Shown: positions 20,549 to 31,273, counted from the stretch's first letter. The stretch is 64,000 nucleotides of DNA from an uncultured Clostridia bacterium (GCA_944387385.1 CALXES010000002.1:42136-106135), one strand, 5' to 3'. Notes: generated by a model from the letters alone, not told the origin. Made by a program: numbers and translations.

Positions 20549-22363
20549 TTACTCTTTAAATATAGCTTCAAATTCCTCTCCAGATATTTTTTCATTCTCC
20601 ATTAATTTTTTAGCAACTTTATGAAGCTTTTCTATATTCTCTTTTAATATTCTTTCTGCACTAGTATATGCATTCATAACAATATCTTTTATTTCCAAAT
20701 CAATTTGAGCAGCTGTATTCTCACTGTAATCTCTACTATGAGTAGCCATATCTTTTCCTAAAAATACTTCTTCTTCTGATCCTCCAAAACATATTGGACC
20801 AAGTTTTTCACTCATACCATATTTAGTAACCATTTCTCTTGCTATCTTAGTTGCTCTTTCAATATCATTTGACGCACCAGTACTAATATCGTCAAGTACT
20901 AACTGTTCTGCAACTCTTCCTCCAAGGAGTGAAACAATATGCTCTTTCATTTCATTTTTTGAAGCATAGCTTTTATCTTCATTTGGTTTATACATTGTAT
21001 ATCCTCCAGCCATACCTCTAGGAATAATAGATATTTCATGTATATCATCATGATTTGGCAAACATCTTGCAACAACAGCATGACCAGCTTCATGGTAAGC
21101 AGTAAGTTTCTTTTCCTTTTCACTTATTACTTTACTTTTCTTTTCAGGTCCCATCATTACTTTTACCATTGCTTCTTCAACATCATTAATATCTATTGTC
21201 TTCTTATCTTTTCTTGCAGCAAGTAAAGCAGCTTCATTTACCATATTTTCAAGATCTGCACCACTAAATCCAGCTGTATTTTTAGCAATCACTTTAAAAT
21301 CTATACCTTGAACAAATGGTTTATTTTTGGCATGTAGCTTTAATATTTCCTCTCTTGCTCTAACATCTGGTTTTCCCACAACTATTTGTCTATCAAATCT
21401 TCCTGGTCTTAAAAGTGCAGGGTCAAGAATATCTGGTCTATTTGTTGCAGCCATAACTATAATACTCTCATGAGTTGCAAAACCGTCCATTTCAACAAGT
21501 AATTGGTTTAAAGTCTGTTCTCTTTCATCATGACCTCCACCTAAACCTGCTCCTCTATGACGACCAACTGCATCAATTTCATCTATAAATATAATACATG
21601 GTGAATTTGCCTTTGCTTCTTTAAACATATCTCTTACACGAGAAGCACCTACACCAACAAACATCTCAACAAAGTCTGAACCACTTATACTAAAAAATGG
21701 AACATTTGCCTCTCCTGCAACTGCTTTTGCAAGTAGAGTTTTACCAGTACCTGGTCCACCAACAAGCAAAATACCTTTAGGTATTCTTGCACCCATATCT
21801 ATATATTTTTTAGGATTTTTTAAAAATTCAACTTCCTCTTTTAGCTCTTCTTTTTCCTCTTCAAGACCAGCCACATCTGCAAAAGTAACTTTCTTAGGCG
21901 AATTCTTATCTATTTTTTGGGCTCTACTTCTTCCAAAGTCCATAGCTTTACTATTACTATCATTTGTTTTTCTAAGCACAAACATTAATATAAATAAAGT
22001 ACCAACAAGAAGTAAAATATTAGGAATATATGGCGCCATCGCCTCCATAAATGTTTGTTCTGCAACTGTTAATTCAAATTCTCCAGCAGATACTCTATCT
22101 TGAACTACCTCTAAAAACGTAGTAGAAGAAGGAATATCTACAACTCTAATAATATTTTCTTCATCTTTTAAAGTAACATTGGCTGTTAGTCTATCTGTGC
22201 TAAGCTCTATACTTTGAACAGCTTGCTCATCTATTTTTCCCATAAGTTCCGTATAAGACATCTCTTTTATTTGAGTAGAGTCTAACATTGTGATTGCATA
22301 AATTGCAATTGCAATCAAAACAGCATAAACTAATAACGTTCTAAACGCACTTTTTTTATTCAT
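20549..22363 (-). CDS. ftsH: ATP-dependent zinc metalloprotease FtsH
   Basis: Walker A GPPGTGKT, SRH region, HEAGHA zinc motif, two N-terminal TM helices. Confidence 0.97.
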   Translation of the reverse strand: MNKKSAFRTLLVYAVLIAIAIYAITMLDSTQIKEMSYTELMGKIDEQAVQSIELSTDRLTANVTLKDEENIIRVVDIPSSTTFLEVVQDRVSAGEFELTVAEQTFMEAMAPYIPNILLLVGTLFILMFVLRKTNDSNSKAMDFGRSRAQKIDKNSPKKVTFADVAGLEEEKEELKEEVEFLKNPKKYIDMGARIPKGILLVGGPGTGKTLLAKAVAGEANVPFFSISGSDFVEMFVGVGASRVRDMFKEAKANSPCIIFIDEIDAVGRHRGAGLGGGHDEREQTLNQLLVEMDGFATHESIIVMAATNRPDILDPALLRPGRFDRQIVVGKPDVRAREEILKLHAKNKPFVQGIDFKVIAKNTAGFSGADLENMVNEAALLAARKDKKTIDINDVEEAMVKVMMGPEKKSKVISEKEKKLTAYHEAGHAVVARCLPNHDDIHEISIIPRGMAGGYTMYKPNEDKSYASKNEMKEHIVSLLGGRVAEQLVLDDISTGASNDIERATKIAREMVTKYGMSEKLGPICFGGSEEEVFLGKDMATHSRDYSENTAAQIDLEIKDIVMNAYTSAERILKENIEKLHKVAKKLMENEKISGEEFEAIFKE

Positions 22364-22378
22364 TTTGTCTCCCTTCAG

Positions 22379-23362
22379 TTAATATATAATGGCAATATCT
22401 TTCTTTAATATTTCAATAGTAAACTTATTTCCAATTATATACTTTTTACCTTTTATATTATTATTTAGCAATTTTATTATATCTAATACATGAATATTCT
22501 CTATTCCATCTAAATTAGATATTTTCTTTTCAATTAATTTTCTAACAATTCTTTTTTGTATACTTTTATGTTCATTCATAAAATTAGAAAAATTAAAAAC
22601 AATCTTAGAGTTATCTTCTTTTATTATAACCTTTTCAAATATTTTATTAGTAAAGTCTTCTATAAATTCATTATCTTCTTTTAATATGTTCCTCATTCTA
22701 CTAATATTTGTAACTAAATTAGGATTCAATTCCTCTAAATATGGAATCAAATTAAGTCTAATTTTATTTCTAAGGTAAATATCCTCCTCATTTGTCTTAT
22801 CAAAACAAGGATGTAACTCTAGTTCATTATTATATAATAAAATATCCTTTTTTTCAATAGTAAGAAGTGGTCTAATTATCTTATTAAACTTAAAATCCAT
22901 TCCTATTAATCCTTTTAAACCACATCCTCTAATTTGATTTAATAAAATTGTTTCTATATTATCATTTAAGTTATGTGCAACAGCAATCACATCTGCATTA
23001 TTTTCTTGTCTTACCTTCTCAAAAAAATCATATCTAACAATTCTACCACAAGTCTCTTCAGATATTTTCTTTTCTTTAGAAAGTTTTGGTACATCCACTT
23101 TTAAATAACTAAATGGAATATTTCTCTTAGTGCAATATTTATTTACATATTCTTTTTCTTCTTCTGATTCTTTTCTTATACCATGATTTACATGTGCAAC
23201 TATTATATTAAAATTTAATTCATTTTTTAATCTATATAAAGAATCGAGTAAACACATAGAATCAGGTCCGCCAGATACTGCAACAACAACTTTATCATTA
23301 GCTTTAATAAGATTGTTTTCTACTATATTATTCTTTACAATATTTAAAATATTATTTACCAT
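22379..23362 (-). CDS. tilS: tRNA(Ile)-lysidine synthetase
   Basis: PP-loop SGGPDS motif near N-terminus, 327 aa. Confidence 0.85.
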   Translation of the reverse strand: MVNNILNIVKNNIVENNLIKANDKVVVAVSGGPDSMCLLDSLYRLKNELNFNIIVAHVNHGIRKESEEEKEYVNKYCTKRNIPFSYLKVDVPKLSKEKKISEETCGRIVRYDFFEKVRQENNADVIAVAHNLNDNIETILLNQIRGCGLKGLIGMDFKFNKIIRPLLTIEKKDILLYNNELELHPCFDKTNEEDIYLRNKIRLNLIPYLEELNPNLVTNISRMRNILKEDNEFIEDFTNKIFEKVIIKEDNSKIVFNFSNFMNEHKSIQKRIVRKLIEKKISNLDGIENIHVLDIIKLLNNNIKGKKYIIGNKFTIEILKKDIAIIY

Positions 23363-23364
23363 AC

Positions 23365-24702
23365 CTATTCATTTCCTTTATATAAATTAGCAAATTTTGT
23401 ATATTTTCCAAGCCAAGCAAGCTCTATAGTACCCGTTTCACCATGTCTATTTTTAGCAATTATAACTTCAGCAATATTTTTCTTTTCTGTATCTTTGTCA
23501 TAATAATCTTCTCTATGCAAAAACATAACTATATCTGCATCTTGTTCAATAGAACCAGACTCACGAAGATCACTAAGCATTGGTCTATGATCCGCCCTAG
23601 ATTCGGTCGCACGACTAAGCTGTGAAAGAGCAATAACCGGAACATCAAGTTCCTTAGCAAGAATTTTTAATCCTCTTGATATTTCTGATATTTCTTGTTG
23701 TCTAGAACCATTTGCTGTTTTTGATTCCATTAATTGTAAATAGTCAATGATAATAAGCCCAACATTTTTTTCCAACTTTGCCTTTCTACATTTTGCTCTA
23801 ATTTCTGATGGTGTAAGTATTGGAGTATCATCAATATATATTGGAACATCTGCAAGCCTATTACTAGCATCTGCCATTTTTATCCAATCCTCTTGTTCTA
23901 AATTAGCATTATTAAGTCTCATACTATCAATTTCACTCTCAGAACTAAGCATTCTTTTTACAAGTTGCTCTTTAGACATCTCCAAATTAAAAATCATAAC
24001 AGGTATCTTGTCATGCATAGCCACGTATGAAGCAATATTTAATACAAAAGCTGATTTTCCCATTGCAGGACGAGCTGCAACAATAATTAAATCCGAATTA
24101 TTAAGTCCAGATATTTTTTCATCTAAATCTATAAATCCAGATTCAATCCCCGAAAGCTTTTCTTTATTTTCATACATTTTTTCTATAGAATCAAGTGTAG
24201 TCACCAAAATCTCTTTCATTCCAGAATAAGACTTACTATTTCTATTTTGAGCAAGATCAAATATTCCCTTTTCAGCTTGCTCTATTATTGTATCAAGCTC
24301 TTCAGTTTGAGCATATGATACTTTCATAATATCGCTTGTAACTTTAATTAAATTTCTTGAAGTAGCTTTTTGTTCAACAATTTCAACATATCTTTCAATA
24401 TTAGATGTAGTAGGTACATTATCTATTAAAGTTGCTAAATTTTGAGTTCCACCAACTCTTTCTAAAGTTCCTCTTAACTTTAGTTGCTCTGTTACAGTTA
24501 TCATATCTATCTCTCTACCAACAGAGTAAATATCCATCATAGCTGCATAAATCTCTTTATTATCTTCTCTATAAAAATCATCTGGTTTTAAAACTTCTAC
24601 TGCTACTTGAACTGCGTCCTTTGATACCAACATTGAACCTAAAACGGCTTGTTCTGCTAAAGTATCATTGGGCTGTACTCTATTTACTACTTCATTTTCC
24701 AT
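23365..24702 (-). CDS. dnaB: replicative DNA helicase (DnaB family)
   Basis: Walker A ARPAMGKSAF, Walker B IIIDYLQL, RecA-like C-domain, 445 aa. Confidence 0.95.
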   Translation of the reverse strand: MENEVVNRVQPNDTLAEQAVLGSMLVSKDAVQVAVEVLKPDDFYREDNKEIYAAMMDIYSVGREIDMITVTEQLKLRGTLERVGGTQNLATLIDNVPTTSNIERYVEIVEQKATSRNLIKVTSDIMKVSYAQTEELDTIIEQAEKGIFDLAQNRNSKSYSGMKEILVTTLDSIEKMYENKEKLSGIESGFIDLDEKISGLNNSDLIIVAARPAMGKSAFVLNIASYVAMHDKIPVMIFNLEMSKEQLVKRMLSSESEIDSMRLNNANLEQEDWIKMADASNRLADVPIYIDDTPILTPSEIRAKCRKAKLEKNVGLIIIDYLQLMESKTANGSRQQEISEISRGLKILAKELDVPVIALSQLSRATESRADHRPMLSDLRESGSIEQDADIVMFLHREDYYDKDTEKKNIAEVIIAKNRHGETGTIELAWLGKYTKFANLYKGNE

Positions 24703-24711
24703 TTATTACAC

Positions 24712-25158
24712 CTACATTCCTATTACTGATATTTTTAGCTTTGCTACTACTCCTTCATATAATTTTACATTTACTGTAAATGTCCCTAAACTTTTAATTG
24801 GATCACTAATTACAATTTTCTTTTTATTTACTTCTATATTAAATTTTTCTTTTATTTTTTCTGCTATATCTTTTTCTGTCACGCTTCCATAAAGTTTACT
24901 TCCTTCTCCTACTTTATGTTTAAATTCTATAAATCCTGATTCAATAATCTTTTTATTTTCGTTTGCTGCTTCTAACTCAGTCTTTTTCTTATACTTTTGA
25001 GCATCAATCTTTCCTTGAGCCTCATTTAAGTTTTTATTATCTGCTATAACAGCCATTTTTTTAGGGAATAAAAAATTCCTAGCATATCCTTCACTTACTT
25101 CTATGATTTGGAATTTCTTTCCAAGTCCTTTTACATCTTGCTTTAATACTACCTTCAT
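24712..25158 (-). CDS. rplI: 50S ribosomal protein L9
   Basis: MKVVLKQDVKGLGKK N-terminus, 148 aa. Confidence 0.95.
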   Translation of the reverse strand: MKVVLKQDVKGLGKKFQIIEVSEGYARNFLFPKKMAVIADNKNLNEAQGKIDAQKYKKKTELEAANENKKIIESGFIEFKHKVGEGSKLYGSVTEKDIAEKIKEKFNIEVNKKKIVISDPIKSLGTFTVNVKLYEGVVAKLKISVIGM

Positions 25159-25178
25159 TTTTTCCCTCCTATTATTTT

Positions 25179-27176
25179 TTAATCTGATAAATATTCCTCT
25201 ATACTCTCTAACAATTTTTCTTTTGCTTTTTCAAGTGTAACACCTGCCATTTGTGCACCCGCAAATGTTAAGTGTCCACCTCCTCCCATTTTTTCAAGTA
25301 TAGTCTGAACATTTATATCTCCCATTGATCTACCTGATATCATTACTATACCATCAACCATACACAATACAAAAGATGCCTGAATACCAGAAATGGATAA
25401 AAGCTCATCTGCTGCTTGTGCTGCTATTATTGGCATATCTGGATGTTTTTCTTCAGATAATGAAATTGCAATTTTATTATGAATAAATTCTGCATTTTTA
25501 ACAATATTTACTTTTGCAACATAAGTTTCAAAATTATTTTGAAATAACAGTTTTATCTCTGCAACATCTATTCCAAATTTTTTAAGATATGCTGCAACTT
25601 CAAAAGTTCTTACTCCTGTTTTAAACATAAAGTTTTTTGTATCTACTACTAAACCAGCATACATGCATTCAGCTTCATTAGATGATATTTCGACACCATC
25701 CATATACATTAATAATTCTACAACAAGTTCAGTTGCAGAAGAAGCATATATTTCATGATATGTCAAAACAGCATTTTCTATAAACTCAGGTCCTCTTCTA
25801 TGATGATCAATAACTGCAACCTTTTCAAATTTATCTAATAAATCTGGTTCAACTAAATATGATTTTTTGTGTGTATCTACAACAACTAATAGACAATTAG
25901 TAAAATCGTCATTTTTTATATCTGGGTATGTCTTAAATACATCGTTATATTTTTCATCATATTTTATTTTTTCTAAAACACCTTCTGTACTTGCATTACA
26001 CTTAGCGTCTACAACTACAGTTACTGGCTTTCCTAGGTATTGAGCTATTTTTACAATACCAATAGACGCTCCTATGCAATCTAAATCTGAATTTCTATGA
26101 CCAACTACATACACTCTTTCAGATTTTTCAACAAGTTCTCTTATTGCTTGTGCCATTGTTCTAGCTTTTACTTTACTTGTCTTTTCTAATCCAATATTTG
26201 AACCACCGAAGAAATCATATTTCTTATCTTTTTTTACTACGGCTTGATCTCCTCCTCTGCCAAGTGCAATGTCTAAGGCAGATCTTCCTGCATTATATCT
26301 GTCTTCAAGTGTCTCTTCTGCATATGAAACACCAATTGATACTGTTATTGGAAGTTTAGTAAGCTTAGTTATATTTCTTACTCTTTCTAAGATATCAAAT
26401 GAGTTTTTCTCCATTTTATCTATATATTTCTTTTCCATAAAAATAGCATATTTATCTTTATCTAGTCTTGCAAGAACACCTTTATTCTCTCTTGCCCAAC
26501 TTCTAATTTCTTTTGTTAAAACAGAAGTTACTTCCGCTTTTTGCATCTCATCAAGACCTTGTAATGTTTCTTCATAGTTATCTATAAATAACATACCTAT
26601 AGCTACTCTTGTATCTTCTAAACTTTCTCTTAATGTACTCTCATAAGTTTTATCTACAAAAGATACCAACATACAATCAAAATTTTCAAATTTAATTTGA
26701 TTGCAAATAATATTGTATACATCACCATTTCCAAGTTCTTCAAGAAGACTTGAATTAGGATTTTTCTTTTTTAAAGATTCTAGTTTTAAAGCAGATTTTT
26801 CTATATATTCGTCTGGTAATAAATGTTCTGCTGAATTATTTTTCCAAATAATATTTCCCTGCATACCAACAATTGACATTGGAATATCAACAAGATCTAA
26901 AGAATCTTTAAATATAGAGTCAATATTTTTAGATAGCTCATGTAATCTATATTTTTTATTCTTTAATTCGTTAATACACATAATAATAGCAACAACACAA
27001 GTTACAAAAATAATAAAAATGTCTGCATATAATGTAAGTGGAAAAATAATTGACACAAAAGCAGCACAAATTATTAGTATTGATAAAAAAACTATTCTTG
27101 AAGAAAAAGACTTAAATATACCTGCCCTTTTTTCTTTATTTTTACCCATAAAACCGAACTTCCTCTTTTCTTGCAT
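25179..27176 (-). CDS. gdpP: cyclic-di-AMP phosphodiesterase GdpP (TM-PAS-degenerate GGDEF-DHH/DHHA1)
   Basis: Two N-terminal TM helices, DHH motif region (AVIDHHRRG), GGGH DHHA1 motif; conserved gdpP-rplI-dnaB order. Confidence 0.85.
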   Translation of the reverse strand: MQEKRKFGFMGKNKEKRAGIFKSFSSRIVFLSILIICAAFVSIIFPLTLYADIFIIFVTCVVAIIMCINELKNKKYRLHELSKNIDSIFKDSLDLVDIPMSIVGMQGNIIWKNNSAEHLLPDEYIEKSALKLESLKKKNPNSSLLEELGNGDVYNIICNQIKFENFDCMLVSFVDKTYESTLRESLEDTRVAIGMLFIDNYEETLQGLDEMQKAEVTSVLTKEIRSWARENKGVLARLDKDKYAIFMEKKYIDKMEKNSFDILERVRNITKLTKLPITVSIGVSYAEETLEDRYNAGRSALDIALGRGGDQAVVKKDKKYDFFGGSNIGLEKTSKVKARTMAQAIRELVEKSERVYVVGHRNSDLDCIGASIGIVKIAQYLGKPVTVVVDAKCNASTEGVLEKIKYDEKYNDVFKTYPDIKNDDFTNCLLVVVDTHKKSYLVEPDLLDKFEKVAVIDHHRRGPEFIENAVLTYHEIYASSATELVVELLMYMDGVEISSNEAECMYAGLVVDTKNFMFKTGVRTFEVAAYLKKFGIDVAEIKLLFQNNFETYVAKVNIVKNAEFIHNKIAISLSEEKHPDMPIIAAQAADELLSISGIQASFVLCMVDGIVMISGRSMGDINVQTILEKMGGGGHLTFAGAQMAGVTLEKAKEKLLESIEEYLSD

Positions 27177-27185
27177 TTTTCCTAT

Positions 27186-27214
27186 ATTTTACTATTTTTA
27201 GGTCAAAATGTCAA
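27186..27214 (-). promoter_or_regulatory. sigma-A-type promoter for gdpP operon (TTGACA-17-TAAAAT)
   Basis: On minus strand: TTGACA (27214-27209), 17-nt spacer, TAAAAT (27191-27186). Confidence 0.45.
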
Positions 27215-27257
27215 GTAAACATAATACTTTAAAATATGTATTATTATGTTTTTAACA

Positions 27258-27298
27258 AATAAAAAAGAAAATATAATTTTTACATTATATTTTCTTTT
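27258..27298. terminator. strong rho-independent terminator after spo0A
   Basis: AGAAAATATAAT-TTTTAC-ATTATATTTTCT perfect 12-bp stem, flanked by A-run and T-run. Confidence 0.7.
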
Positions 27299-27304
27299 CA
27301 AAAG

Positions 27305-28090
27305 TTATACTGCAACTTTCTCAGATAATCTTATTCTATCTGCAATCATTGCAATAAATTCAGAATTTGTTGGCTTTCCTTTATTTGAATTAACAGTATA
27401 ACCAAATATTTTTTCATGCATTTCAATTTGTCCTCTATTCCAAGCGACTTCTATTGCATGTCTAATAGCTCTTTCGACTCTAGAAGGAGTAGTTGAAAAC
27501 TTTTGTGATAATGTAGGATATAATTCTTTTGTTACAGAATTTAATATATCTTCGTTTTGTACAGCTAGAATAATAGCTTCTCTTATATATTGATATCCTT
27601 TTATATGTGCTGGAACTCCAACATCATGTATCATTTGAGTTACTCTTACTTCTAATGGTAAATTCTTATTTCCATAAGCTACCATATATTCAGTTTTAAT
27701 GTCTTCTTCCTCTTTAAGTAGATCTCTAATTCTATCTACAAGAGTTATCATATCAAAAGGTTTCACAACATAATAAGTTGCTCCTAATGATATTGCTTTT
27801 TGAGTAACTTTCTCCTGACCAATAGCAGACATCACTATTGTAATAGGTTTCTCTATTCCTACTTCGTCTTGTAAATCTTCAAGAACTGACAAACCATCTT
27901 TTTCTGGCATTACTACATCAAGCAGCATAACATCAGGTTTAGACTGTTTTATAGCATCTATAACATTAGTACCATCATATAAAGGATCTAATGCAATCAT
28001 ATCTTTTTGAGAGTTAATGTACATATTTAGTAATTTAACAAACTCTTTATTATCATCAACTATCATTATTTTTATTTTATTATTTTCCAT
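27305..28090 (-). CDS. spo0A: stage 0 sporulation protein A (master sporulation response regulator)
   Basis: REC domain (IMIVDDN...D...LDVVMP) plus C-terminal Spo0A DNA-binding domain with SRVERAIRHAIEVAWNRG signature. Confidence 0.95.
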   Translation of the reverse strand: MENNKIKIMIVDDNKEFVKLLNMYINSQKDMIALDPLYDGTNVIDAIKQSKPDVMLLDVVMPEKDGLSVLEDLQDEVGIEKPITIVMSAIGQEKVTQKAISLGATYYVVKPFDMITLVDRIRDLLKEEEDIKTEYMVAYGNKNLPLEVRVTQMIHDVGVPAHIKGYQYIREAIILAVQNEDILNSVTKELYPTLSQKFSTTPSRVERAIRHAIEVAWNRGQIEMHEKIFGYTVNSNKGKPTNSEFIAMIADRIRLSEKVAV

Positions 28091-28123
28091 TTTAATTGCT
28101 CCATTTCCAGTCTATCCTATAAA

Positions 28124-28152
28124 GCATCATTATTATACAATTGTTTTTAGCT
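28124..28152 (-). promoter_or_regulatory. sigma-A-type promoter upstream of spo0A (TTGATT-17-TATAAT)
   Basis: On minus strand: TTGATT (28152-28147), 17-nt spacer, TATAAT (28129-28124); 0A-box-like TTTGTCAAA at 28181-28189 just upstream. Confidence 0.5.
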
Positions 28153-28320
28153 AAAATCAAGATTTTTGACTGCTTTTCGCTATCAAATTTTGTCAAATTC
28201 AAAAATTTAATAATTTTCCAATAATTTCCTGTATTATTTTATTCAATTAACACAAATTATTAGTGTAAAGTGGAATTAAATATAAAACACTTTAATACCA
28301 AAAAATTGGAGGTGAATTAA

Positions 28321-28536
28321 ATGGCTTCTACAAATAGCAAAATGACAAACAAACAAGCTAAAGCTGCTCTAGACAAATTCAAATATGAAGTAGCTAATGA
28401 AATTGGAGTTAACCTAAAACAAGGTTATAATGGAGATTTAACTTCTAAACAAGCTGGTTCTGTAGGTGGTGAAATGGTTAAAAGATTAGTTGCTAATGCT
28501 GCTAACCAAATGCAATCTCAACAACCTAACCAATAA
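28321..28536 (+). CDS. small acid-soluble spore protein, alpha/beta type
   Basis: KFKYEVANEIGV and GGEMVKRLV signature segments; 71 aa; RBS GGAGGTG. Confidence 0.9.
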   Translation: MASTNSKMTNKQAKAALDKFKYEVANEIGVNLKQGYNGDLTSKQAGSVGGEMVKRLVANAANQMQSQQPNQ

Positions 28537-28565
28537 TTTAAAGTTAATTTAAGTTAGAAAGTTAA

Positions 28566-28606
28566 AAAGATAGTGAGTATTTTATCTCTCACTATCTTTT
28601 TTATTA
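28566..28606. terminator. rho-independent terminator after SASP gene (bidirectional)
   Basis: AGATAGTGAG-loop-CTCACTATCT stem followed by TTTTTTATT. Confidence 0.65.
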
Positions 28607-28616
28607 CTAGTTATAT

Positions 28617-28976
28617 TTACTTTAAGTTTAAATCCACCTTATTACCTTCTATATCAGTACCAATTCCTGTTTTATAGTCTAAATTATATCTTTCTATAAA
28701 ATTAGCATTTTCCTCTTCTGAGTCGTAAATTTCTATTATCATGACATCTGTCCCGTCTGTAAATAGTCTAATTCTTGCTGGAGCTGTCCCTGTTTGTTCC
28801 TGATAAAAAGCACTTGCATACTCTTTCCATTCATCATCTGTATATGTTTTTACGTTTTCTTGTGTTTGCACATTTTCATCATTAGTTTTTTTGTTTAAAT
28901 TAATTACTACTACTACAATAGCTACAATTATACATGCTACTATAGCAATAAATGCTATAAACCTTTTCTTGTTCAT
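28617..28976 (-). CDS. hypothetical membrane-anchored protein
   Basis: N-terminal TM helix (FIAFIAIVACIIVAIVVVVINL). Confidence 0.45.
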   Translation of the reverse strand: MNKKRFIAFIAIVACIIVAIVVVVINLNKKTNDENVQTQENVKTYTDDEWKEYASAFYQEQTGTAPARIRLFTDGTDVMIIEIYDSEEENANFIERYNLDYKTGIGTDIEGNKVDLNLK

Positions 28977-29035
28977 TTCTACCTCCTGTGCCCATCATTT
29001 TATATAATATCAAAAATAAGAAAATTTGTCTATTA

Positions 29036-31168
29036 TTATTGTAAATATTTACAAATATTGTTGTCATAAACTAGTTCTAATCTATGTAAAGCTCTTGTCA
29101 TTGCAACATATAAAAGCTTCATATCTAAAATATTATTATATTTATATACATTTTCATCCACATCTGCAATTATCACTACATCAAATTCAAGACCTTTGGA
29201 TAAATATGAGGTTAATATACAAACGCCACCATTGTATTTTTCCTGATCTTTATATATAATCTCTGATTCAATATTTAATGCTTTAAGTTTTTTATTTAAC
29301 TTTAACATATTATTTTGATCTTTGTATATTATTGCAATAGATTTAAACCCTTCTTTTAAGTAATGCTTTACTCTATTTGATATATACTCTATTTCTTCAT
29401 CTTTTCTTACTTTACTTTTTATAATAGGACCAGAACTTCTAATAACTGGATTTGCTCTTCCAAGTCCAATATTTTCTGATATTTTATTTGCCTCATCCAT
29501 TATTTCAATTGACGTTCTATACGATTTTTTTAAGGTCAAATACTCAGCACCTTGAATTACATTATCTATCACTTCATTCCAACCATCAATTGCTCTATAA
29601 GAATATATTCCTTGTGCCATGTCTCCAAAAATAGAAAATACTGCATTTGATAATATATTTTTTAATACATAATAACTAAATATTCCAAAGTCCTGTGCTT
29701 CATCTATTACCACACTCTTTATATTCTTATATTCATCATTTCCAAATAAATATAACTTAATATACATTAAAGCCGCAATGTCTTCATTTTCTATTATCTT
29801 ATTTTTTAAAGATTCTAATGTATTTTTCTTTAATAATTCTATATTTTTATCATGTCCTTGATAAAGTTTATCCACATTTTCCACAAATTCTTTATAGATA
29901 TTTATTGTTTTTAAATTAGCAATATTAAGATATTTTTTTATTTGTTTTTCAAAGCCGTTTTTTTCAAGCTCCTTTAACATATCTAATTCTTGCTTAACAA
30001 TTTTCCTCTTTTTATCTATATCAGGTTCTTCTTTTTCTAATTCTAACATTTTAGACTTTATCTTTTGATATATATTATCATCATTTTTAATTCTATTTGA
30101 AGTAACTTTAGCTGTCATATCTAATCTTTGTTTTACAGATTCACCAAGTACCTCACCATATATTTTCATTATTTCTTTCTTAGATAAAATCTGTATATTA
30201 TTTATAACTAATCCACTATCTGAAATAATGCCTTTTTCATAAGTATTTAGATATTTTTCTAATAATTCTTTATATTCAAGACTACTTTTAAATTTTAAAT
30301 AGTCTTCAGTTGCTTTTTTGTCTATAATATCTGCGAGTTTTTTAGTAGAATCTTCAAATATAATTTTCTCTCCAATAAAATTACTTGCAAGCTCTTCATA
30401 TGTAACTTGAACAGCATTACTTGCATCAAGATCTGGTAGTACATTTGATATATAGTTAATAAAAAACTTATTTGGTCCTATTACCATAAATTGATTTGCT
30501 TTATATTTATTCGAATTATTATACATCAAATATGCTATTCTATGTAATGCAACAGTCGTTTTACCAGAACCTGCTACACCTTGAACAATAAGATTTTTAT
30601 CTATACTTTTTCTGATAATATTATTTTGTTCAGATTGAATTGAAGCTACAATATTCTTTAGTCTATTGTCTGCATTTGCTCCTAAATATGGTTTTAACAA
30701 CTCATCATCAGATACAGAGTCAACATCAAATATATCTTCTATTTCTTTATTTTGTATAATTATCTGTCTCTTTAGCGACAATTCTCCTTTAACTTTTCCT
30801 TTTGGGGCATTATACTCTACTTTTCCTAGATTAGCATCATAATATAATGTTGAAACAGGAGCTCTCCAATCAGTAATAACAACATTTCCATCTAAATCTG
30901 TTACCCCAACTTTACCAATATATAGTTTTTCTTTTTTATTTTTTTTATCTTCTTTAAAGTCAATTCTTGCAAAGTATGGTTTCTCTTTCATTCTTACTAT
31001 ATTAGTTATCTTTGTCGCCGTAGCTGACATTAAATTAGATAATAAAACTGGATTATTACTATACTTTTTGGGCAAAGTTCTAAGTATTTGCTCCTCTCCT
31101 TCTTGAATTGTTTCAAGTTCTTCTTCTACATTTTTTAATTTCTGCTTTTCATATTCTAAATCGTTCAT
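29036..31168 (-). CDS. helD: UvrD-family helicase, HelD-like (start placed at MNDLEYEK with RBS AAGGAGGG)
   Basis: N-terminal coiled-coil plus ITDWRAPVSTLYY segment, Walker A GVAGSGKTTVALHR, UvrD-like C-domain; about 710 aa. Confidence 0.7.
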   Translation of the reverse strand: MNDLEYEKQKLKNVEEELETIQEGEEQILRTLPKKYSNNPVLLSNLMSATATKITNIVRMKEKPYFARIDFKEDKKNKKEKLYIGKVGVTDLDGNVVITDWRAPVSTLYYDANLGKVEYNAPKGKVKGELSLKRQIIIQNKEIEDIFDVDSVSDDELLKPYLGANADNRLKNIVASIQSEQNNIIRKSIDKNLIVQGVAGSGKTTVALHRIAYLMYNNSNKYKANQFMVIGPNKFFINYISNVLPDLDASNAVQVTYEELASNFIGEKIIFEDSTKKLADIIDKKATEDYLKFKSSLEYKELLEKYLNTYEKGIISDSGLVINNIQILSKKEIMKIYGEVLGESVKQRLDMTAKVTSNRIKNDDNIYQKIKSKMLELEKEEPDIDKKRKIVKQELDMLKELEKNGFEKQIKKYLNIANLKTINIYKEFVENVDKLYQGHDKNIELLKKNTLESLKNKIIENEDIAALMYIKLYLFGNDEYKNIKSVVIDEAQDFGIFSYYVLKNILSNAVFSIFGDMAQGIYSYRAIDGWNEVIDNVIQGAEYLTLKKSYRTSIEIMDEANKISENIGLGRANPVIRSSGPIIKSKVRKDEEIEYISNRVKHYLKEGFKSIAIIYKDQNNMLKLNKKLKALNIESEIIYKDQEKYNGGVCILTSYLSKGLEFDVVIIADVDENVYKYNNILDMKLLYVAMTRALHRLELVYDNNICKYLQ

Positions 31169-31230
31169 AACACCCTCCTTTTTCAAACGCTTTTTTATTA
31201 TAACTTATATTTATGTAAATTTCAACAAAA

Positions 31231-31262
31231 AATAAAAAAGATGATACTTATGTATCACCCTT
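31231..31262. terminator. rho-independent terminator immediately after secY
   Basis: GATGATAC-TTAT-GTATCACC hairpin (7/8 bp), T-run on minus strand. Confidence 0.45.
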
Positions 31263-31273
31263 TTAAAGAACAA

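Noticed and set aside
23443-27201. Several plus-strand ORFs (60-166 aa) within dnaB, rplI and gdpP
   Set aside because: Antisense shadows of strongly conserved genes; no independent signals
28260-28320. Forespore sigma-G/F promoter for the SASP gene
   Set aside because: A CACTTTA (-10-like) element is present but no -35 could be placed with correct spacing, so it was not called as a feature
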